64,000 nucleotides of DNA from positions 26,015 to 90,014 of the forward strand of contig JBGVFO010000167.1 of the NCBI GenBank assembly GCA_045121195.1, in the 5' to 3' direction. A program made the position numbers and the translations under genes. The notes under the pieces are model-generated. The model was given only the letters and a program-made list of their open reading frames with translations. It had not been told where the DNA came from and made no database searches. The DNA is from Eubacteriales bacterium (GTDB lineage: Bacteria > Bacillota > Clostridia > Oscillospirales > CAG-272). This document shows positions 58,336-64,000 of the stretch, piece after piece; positions within the stretch are counted from its first letter, which is position 1; the number at the start of each line of letters is the position of its first letter.

Positions 58336-58938
58336 TTAGAGGACTCCCAACTGCTCCACCGCGTCGTGAGCGCGGATACAGGTGGCGTGCTCGCTTATGT
58401 AAAGCTTGATCTGTCCCACGTTTTCCGACCAACCGTATTCCGAGATAAAGGAATATTCGTCGAGATAGGCATACGCGCCATAGGTGTATCGGTACAAAAG
58501 AAGAAAAAACTGCCCCCGACTGTCACGGTAGGCATAGCTCTCCCCCTCATAGCCGAGGGTGAGCAGACGGCGGCAAACGCAGAGCATCGACTCCATATCG
58601 GAAAACGCATAGGCTTCCATGCGCATGTGTCCGCCGTAATGGGTGTCCGTCGGCACGATCTGCAGATTTTCTTTGGCAGAGGGAAGACGTGGCTCACCTA
58701 TTTTGGTGACGTACATTTCACAGCCGCCCTTTTTGCAGGGATAGAGCTGAATGAATAGCTTATCACTTGCCGCGTTGAAGCCCGTTTCGGTCTTGGCGTC
58801 ATCAAGGATGCTCCAGAACGCCCGTCTGGTTGCCGTTGTGTCATAATCTATCTTGTCAGTGTCAAGATCGTACTTTTTCATATCGTCGCCCGAAAGCATG
58901 ATCTTGAGCTTGCTCGAATTGATCATAATGAGTTCCAT
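58336..58938 (-). CDS. mecA: adaptor protein MecA-like
   Basis: N-terminal MELIMINSSKLKIMLSGDDMKKYDL resembles the MecA N-domain. ~200 aa with an acidic C-terminal half. Confidence 0.55.
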   Translation of the reverse strand: MELIMINSSKLKIMLSGDDMKKYDLDTDKIDYDTTATRRAFWSILDDAKTETGFNAASDKLFIQLYPCKKGGCEMYVTKIGEPRLPSAKENLQIVPTDTHYGGHMRMEAYAFSDMESMLCVCRRLLTLGYEGESYAYRDSRGQFFLLLYRYTYGAYAYLDEYSFISEYGWSENVGQIKLYISEHATCIRAHDAVEQLGVL

Positions 58939-59102
58939 GGTAGCCTCCTTCGATTTTTTATCTGCTATCATTATAAGCCATTTGCCGCGGGAATGTAACC
59001 CCTAAAATATTGGAAATTTTCAAGTGCATTGACGAAAAAGCGGGAGTGTGCTATAATAAGGAGAAGAAATTGAGACGTTCGTTCTCGGAAAGGAGGCACC
59101 GC

Positions 59103-61499
59103 ATGAAATACGATCACAGCTCGGGGCAAATTCTTGTATCGGCGGAGGAGCTCTGCCGCTTTGTGTTGCGCCGCGGTGAGGCGCAAGCCCTTTGGGATGA
59201 AAAACGCCGCACCGACCGTGAGGCGGTTCCTGCCGTGCTTTCCATTTTGAAAAAAGATGCTTCCTGTGACTTGTTGCTTTGCGAATCGGTGCCGTGCGGT
59301 GAGCTTACCTACGGGCTTTCCGGTGCGGCAGACCTTGTCTTTGTCGAAAACGGCGCCCCCATTTTCGGCTTTGTGCGCGCCGTAGCGGCACGGGATTTTA
59401 ACAAAAAGAACAGCGAGGAATATACTGCTTATATCAAATGCTGTGCCTTTTTGTTCTGCCTGAGGGAAAAGCTGCAGACCGTTCGCGTCTGTGTCTTTTT
59501 CAAGAACGCGGAGGGGGAGGAGATTCGACAGGAGAGCTATCGGCTGGACGCGTCCACCCTTGCGCTTTACGTGGGCGGTCTGCTGTCCCGCCTTGCCTAT
59601 CGGGCAAAGCTTCTTCTTACCCACGAAACCGAGATCCGCCCTTCTGCCGCCAAGGTCATTTTCCCCTATGGGGACATCCGCGACGGACAGGATGAGCTGA
59701 TCCATCGGGGTTATTCGGTGATCAAGCAGGGCAAGCGGCTGTTCGCACAGGCACCCACAGGGATCGGAAAGACCATATCCACCCTTTATCCCGCGGTGCG
59801 CGCCTTCGGTCGCGGACTTTGCGATAAGATCTTTTATTTTACCGCCAAATCCTCTACCGCAAGGGAAGCCTATAACGCGGCAGGGCGGTTGTTTGAGGCA
59901 GGCGCTCGCCTTAGAACGGTCATTCTGACGGCAAAGGAGCAGATGTGTCCCACGGGACACTGCGGCGGAAAGTATTGCAATCCCCGAACGTGTTCGTTTT
60001 TGCGCGGCTACGCGGAGCGGGTGGATGATGCCATCGACGAGCTGCTGGCGCGTCAAAACGGCTACTACTCCGATGTGATCCTTCAGGTTGCCGCCAAGCA
60101 CGGGATCTGTCCCTACGAGCTTTCTCTGGATCTTTCCGAGCTGTGTGATATTATCATTTGCGATTATAACTACCTGTTTGACCCTATGGTCTACTTGCGG
60201 CGATATTTTGAGAAGCCGGGGGACTTTGGCGAGTACGTGTTCCTCATTGACGAGGCGCACAATCTTGTAGAGCGCGCCCGAACCATGTATTCGGTCACGC
60301 TGAAAAAAGTCGATGCGGTTACCTTTTTGGAGCAGCTTCCCGAGGACGAAAGGACGCTTCGCGAGGCGGTCGCTCCGATGGAAGCCGCCTTTGACGGCTT
60401 GCGCCGCCTTTGCCGAGATTCCCTGCACACGGATGTCGAGGGAAGAGAGGTGGGTTATTACGTCAGCCGCAATCGCATTGAAGCCTTCTCGGATTCGGTG
60501 ACGCGCCTTGGCGAAACGCTCTCGAAATGGCTTCGTGCCGCCAGGGAGCATCCGCTTTACGATCTTGTGGACGGCTATTTTTCCGCCATTCGCAAATACC
60601 TTTGTATTCTCGATTATTACGATGATAAATTTATGAGCTACGTGGAGCTCTCGGGAGAGGAGATCGCCATATCCCTCAACTGTATGGATCCCTCCGAGGT
60701 GCTGGACGGTTGTATGCGCCGCGGTCGCGCGTCGATCCTGTTTTCCGCTACCCTCACACCAACCTCCTATTTCTCGGACGTTCTCGGTGGAGGAAGGGAT
60801 GCCGTTTGCGTGGAGCTTCCGTCCCCCTACGAGCAGGGAAATCTCTGCCTTGCGGCGGTGGATACCGTCAGCACGCGGTACGAGGATCGGGAGGCAAATT
60901 GCCGAAAGATCGCCACGTTGATCGCGGCGGCGGTTTCGCCCAAGGCGGGCAACTATATTGCTTATTTCCCGTCCTATAGCTATCTGCAGAAGGTACACGA
61001 GGCATTTACCAAGAAATATCCTAAGGTCAAGACCATCGTGCAAAGCAGGGGAATGACCCGAGGGGAGCGGGAAGCGTTTATCGAGGCGTTCCGCGAGGAC
61101 GAGGGCAAGATGCGCATCGGCTTTTGCGTGCTGGGCGGCAGCTTTTCAGAGGGTGTAGATCTTCCGGGAAGCCGCCTTATTGGAAGCATTATCGTGGGCG
61201 TGGGACTGCCCGGATTCTCCAGCGAGCGCAATCTGATGCGGGACTATTTTGAAAACCGATATGAAAACGGCTTCGACTACGCCTATACCTTCCCCGGAAT
61301 GAATAGCGTATTGCAGGCGGCAGGGCGCGTGATCCGCCGCGAGGAGGATCGCGGTATCGTAGTGCTGATCGATGACCGCTACGGCACGCCCGTCTATCAA
61401 AAGCTGTTTCCGGCGCATTGGAAGCACCTCAAATATGCAGGAAATTCCGCTTCTCTTGCAGAAATTGCACGAAAATTTTGGGAAATTGCAAAAAAATAG
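59103..61499 (+). CDS. DinG/Rad3 (XPD)-family DEAH-box ATP-dependent DNA helicase with uncharacterised ~220-aa N-terminal domain
   Basis: Walker A (APTGIGKTIST), DEAHNL motif II, helicase C-terminal motifs, and Cys-rich insertions. GGAGG RBS before ATG at 59103. Confidence 0.75.
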   Translation: MKYDHSSGQILVSAEELCRFVLRRGEAQALWDEKRRTDREAVPAVLSILKKDASCDLLLCESVPCGELTYGLSGAADLVFVENGAPIFGFVRAVAARDFNKKNSEEYTAYIKCCAFLFCLREKLQTVRVCVFFKNAEGEEIRQESYRLDASTLALYVGGLLSRLAYRAKLLLTHETEIRPSAAKVIFPYGDIRDGQDELIHRGYSVIKQGKRLFAQAPTGIGKTISTLYPAVRAFGRGLCDKIFYFTAKSSTAREAYNAAGRLFEAGARLRTVILTAKEQMCPTGHCGGKYCNPRTCSFLRGYAERVDDAIDELLARQNGYYSDVILQVAAKHGICPYELSLDLSELCDIIICDYNYLFDPMVYLRRYFEKPGDFGEYVFLIDEAHNLVERARTMYSVTLKKVDAVTFLEQLPEDERTLREAVAPMEAAFDGLRRLCRDSLHTDVEGREVGYYVSRNRIEAFSDSVTRLGETLSKWLRAAREHPLYDLVDGYFSAIRKYLCILDYYDDKFMSYVELSGEEIAISLNCMDPSEVLDGCMRRGRASILFSATLTPTSYFSDVLGGGRDAVCVELPSPYEQGNLCLAAVDTVSTRYEDREANCRKIATLIAAAVSPKAGNYIAYFPSYSYLQKVHEAFTKKYPKVKTIVQSRGMTRGEREAFIEAFREDEGKMRIGFCVLGGSFSEGVDLPGSRLIGSIIVGVGLPGFSSERNLMRDYFENRYENGFDYAYTFPGMNSVLQAAGRVIRREEDRGIVVLIDDRYGTPVYQKLFPAHWKHLKYAGNSASLAEIARKFWEIAKK

Positions 61500-61608
61500 G
61501 GTTATTTTTGCAGAATTTGAAAATAGTTCTTGCTTTTTCTCTCTATGTGTGATACAATAAGGGAGTCTTGTAAAGAATAGTAAAACCATTACGTATTAGG
61601 AGAGCTCC

Positions 61609-62895
61609 ATGAAGTATTCGGAAATGAGCAGAGAACAGCTGCTCGAGCAGAAAAAGGTATTGCTTGCGGCGTACGAAAGCAAGAAAAGCCTGGGTCTTGC
61701 GCTTGATCTGTCCCGCGGAAAGCCGGGCAACGAGCAGCTCGACTCTTTAGTGGGAATGCTGGACTGCATTTCTGCCAACGAGGATTGCCGTTCGGAAAGC
61801 GGTATCGACTACAGAAATTACGGTCTGCTTGACGGCGTTCCCGAGGCGAAAAAGCTGTTTGCCGAGCTTTTATCCCTGCCCGAAAAGAATATATTTGTTG
61901 CCGGTAACTCGTCCCTCAATTTGATGTACGATTCGGTTGCCCGCGCCCTTCTTTACGGCGTGTTCGGCAGCAGACGTCCCTGGGGAAAGGAAGAGAAGGT
62001 CAAGTTCCTTTGCCCCGCGCCGGGCTACGACAGACATTTTGCCATCTGCCAATCTCTCGGTATCGAGATGATCACGGTGGATATGACCCCAACGGGTCCC
62101 GATATGGAGGCTGTGGAGGCGCTCTGCGCCGCCGATGCGTCTATTAAGGGTATCTGGTGTTGCCCTAAATATTCCAACCCCGACGGCATTACCTATTCGG
62201 ATGAAACGGTAGAGCGCCTTGCTTCTATGAAGACCGCCGCCCGTGACTTCCGTATTTTCTGGGACAACGCGTATGCCGTTCACGATCTGTATCCCGACCG
62301 TCGCGACGAGCTGATGGATATTTTCGAGGCTTGCGCCAAGTACGGTACCGAGGACAGAGTGTTCTATTTCGCATCTACCTCGAAGATCTCCTTCCCGGGC
62401 TCGGGTGTAGCGATCTTTGCCGCGTCCGACCACAATATGGCGCAGATCAAGCCCATTATGGGCGTGCAGACCATCGGCTATGATAAGATCAACCAGATCC
62501 GTCACGTCAAATATTTCAAGAACGCGGATAATATCCGCAAGCACATGATGGAGCTTGCCGATCTGATCCGTCCGAAGTTCGAGATCGTTCTCGACATTCT
62601 CGAAAACGAGGTCAAGGAAAGCGGTGCCGCTACCTGGACGGAGCCTCTTGGGGGCTATTTCATTAGCCTTTACACCCTGGACGGATGCGCCAAGCGCGCT
62701 TACCGTCTTGCCAAGGAGGCAGGCGTAACGCTGACTACCGTCGGTGCCACCTATCCCTACGGAAACGACCTCCGTGACCGCAATATCCGCATCGCGCCTA
62801 CCTATCCCTCCAACGGGGATCTTCAAAAGGCGATGGAGGTGCTTGCCATTTGTGTCAAGCTGGCGGCAGTTGAGAAATTCCTTGGAGAATTATAA
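61609..62895 (+). CDS. PLP-dependent aminotransferase (class I/II fold)
   Basis: 428 aa; [11 protein letters not shown] contains the probable PLP-lysine block. Exact substrate class unknown. Confidence 0.65.
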   Translation: MKYSEMSREQLLEQKKVLLAAYESKKSLGLALDLSRGKPGNEQLDSLVGMLDCISANEDCRSESGIDYRNYGLLDGVPEAKKLFAELLSLPEKNIFVAGNSSLNLMYDSVARALLYGVFGSRRPWGKEEKVKFLCPAPGYDRHFAICQSLGIEMITVDMTPTGPDMEAVEALCAADASIKGIWCCPKYSNPDGITYSDETVERLASMKTAARDFRIFWDNAYAVHDLYPDRRDELMDIFEACAKYGTEDRVFYFASTSKISFPGSGVAIFAASDHNMAQIKPIMGVQTIGYDKINQIRHVKYFKNADNIRKHMMELADLIRPKFEIVLDILENEVKESGAATWTEPLGGYFISLYTLDGCAKRAYRLAKEAGVTLTTVGATYPYGNDLRDRNIRIAPTYPSNGDLQKAMEVLAICVKLAAVEKFLGEL

Positions 62896-62951
62896 CGAAA
62901 TATGTGAGATCCCGAAGGTGTGTCCTTTGGGATTTCTCTTATGGAGAGGAT

Positions 62952-63917
62952 ATGAAACAGACACAACGGACCAGCAATCCGTATCCCAACAGCGATTCCA
63001 ATAAGCGGTATTATACCTACGACTACTATTTGAAGCAGACCTTTGGCGGGAAGTGCGCCAAGATTCCCATTGACGCGGGCTTTACCTGCCCCAATATTGA
63101 CGGCAGATGCGGCGTTGGCGGTTGTATTTATTGCTCCGCGCGTGGCAGCGGCGACTTTGCCGAGGGCAGGGGACTCTCGGTTGCCGAGCAGTATCGGATT
63201 ACCCGCGAAAAGCTTTCAGGCAAATGGTCTACCGAGCGGTGCATTCCGTATTTTCAAGCCCATACCAATACCTATGCGCCGACGGCGCGGCTCCGAGAGC
63301 TGTTTGAGGAAGCCGTGGCGCTTCCCGGGGCGGTGGGGCTGAATATCGCTACCCGCGCCGACTGTCTTGCGGATGACGCGGTGGCGTATTTAGCAGAGCT
63401 TGCCGAGCGCACTGTACTTACCGTAGAACTTGGATTGCAAAGCACGAGCGACGAAACGGCGAACCGCATCAATCGTGGGCATACCTACGAGGCGTTCGTG
63501 GAGGGGTATCAAAGGCTTCGGCGGGCGAGTGATAAGATCGGGATCTGCGTGCATCTGATCCTCGGCTTGCCGGGGGAGGATGACGGGATGATGATGCAGT
63601 CGGTGAGGGATCTTGCCGCCCTTCGTCCCGACCAGGTAAAGCTTCACCTTTTGCACGTGCTTCGCTCCTCGCGCCTTGCGGAGATTTATGAAAGGGGAGA
63701 GTATATCCCACTTGAGCGAGAACGCTATATCGACCTTGTGGTAAAGGCGCTCACCCTGCTTCCCCCCGAAACCGTTATCGCACGACTTACGGGGGACGGT
63801 ATGGGGGAGGATCTTTTAGCGCCTGATTGGAGCCGAAAAAAGGTTTCGGTCATCAACGATATTGACAAGCGACTGTATGAGCTGGATCTTTGGCAAGGGA
63901 AATATTTTACACAATAG
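62952..63917 (+). CDS. TIGR01212-family radical SAM protein (YtqA/YhcC-like)
   Basis: CxxxCxxC-type cluster (CPNIDGRCGVGGCIYC) near the N-terminus plus a downstream TIM-barrel region. Confidence 0.8.
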   Translation: MKQTQRTSNPYPNSDSNKRYYTYDYYLKQTFGGKCAKIPIDAGFTCPNIDGRCGVGGCIYCSARGSGDFAEGRGLSVAEQYRITREKLSGKWSTERCIPYFQAHTNTYAPTARLRELFEEAVALPGAVGLNIATRADCLADDAVAYLAELAERTVLTVELGLQSTSDETANRINRGHTYEAFVEGYQRLRRASDKIGICVHLILGLPGEDDGMMMQSVRDLAALRPDQVKLHLLHVLRSSRLAEIYERGEYIPLERERYIDLVVKALTLLPPETVIARLTGDGMGEDLLAPDWSRKKVSVINDIDKRLYELDLWQGKYFTQ

Positions 63918-64000
63918 ATTTGAGAAAAGAACAGAGAGGAAAGCCTCTCTGTTTTTTTGTTTAAAAACATCTCTTTTTCCGGGGCCATCTCAAGAGGACG

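Noticed and set aside
58971-61043. 690-aa minus-strand ORF opposite the DinG-like helicase
   Set aside because: Shadow ORF. The plus-strand ORF has Walker A and DEAH motifs and an RBS.

Overview
GC-rich window with G/C-ending codons and AAGGAG-type ribosome-binding sites. It reads as a Gram-positive, spore-forming, Clostridia-like chromosome: a GerA-family germination protein, MecA, DegV, PnuC and a complete F1F0 ATP synthase operon are all present. About two thirds is housekeeping and one third is small accessory genes.

Housekeeping, by position:
- 16.3-23.5 kb: atp operon (atpZ-like, I, B, E, F, H, A, G, D, C).
- 23.5-35 kb: mgtE, tRNA-Leu(CAA), a GH36-type alpha-galactosidase, tyrS, mtaB, upp, an RluA-family pseudouridine synthase, and lnt.
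- 35.9-38 kb: pgsA and rimO.
- 38-41.3 kb: an NfeD/flotillin operon.
- 43-44.7 kb: a 23S rRNA m5U methyltransferase fused to an ASCH domain.
- 50-52 kb: ROK glucokinase and rnhA.
- 57.7-64 kb: UDG family 4, MecA, a DinG/XPD-like helicase, an aminotransferase, and a TIGR01212-like radical SAM protein.

Features worth a second look:
1. A four-gene minus-strand operon (10855->6524) with two PlsC-like acyltransferase domains, two GT8 glycosyltransferase domains (one fused to an acyltransferase) and a DegV fatty-acid-binding protein. It is a candidate uncharacterised acyl-glycolipid or acylated-glycan pathway.
2. Two paralogous IS200/RAYT-like Y1 HUH transposase genes (34966-35466 and 57100-57609), each in an AT-rich islet and each preceded by the same hairpin-plus-extended-10 promoter module. 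One carries a small Zn-ribbon ORF, the other an XRE-HTH regulator with a long helical (RNPP/TPR-like) domain.
3. A tRNA-Arg(CCT) next to an imperfect ~62-bp direct repeat that duplicates the tRNA 3' end, flanked by convergent consensus promoters.
4. A structured leader with an intrinsic terminator upstream of pnuC (riboswitch or attenuator candidate).
5. A 52-aa hydrophilic ORF under a perfect sigma-A consensus promoter with a strong terminator.
6. A translationally coupled pair: a hypothetical gene followed by a DUF2971-like gene.
7. An E2-acyltransferase-fold protein with Glu in place of the catalytic His.

No CRISPR arrays, rRNA genes, integrase or recombinase genes were seen.
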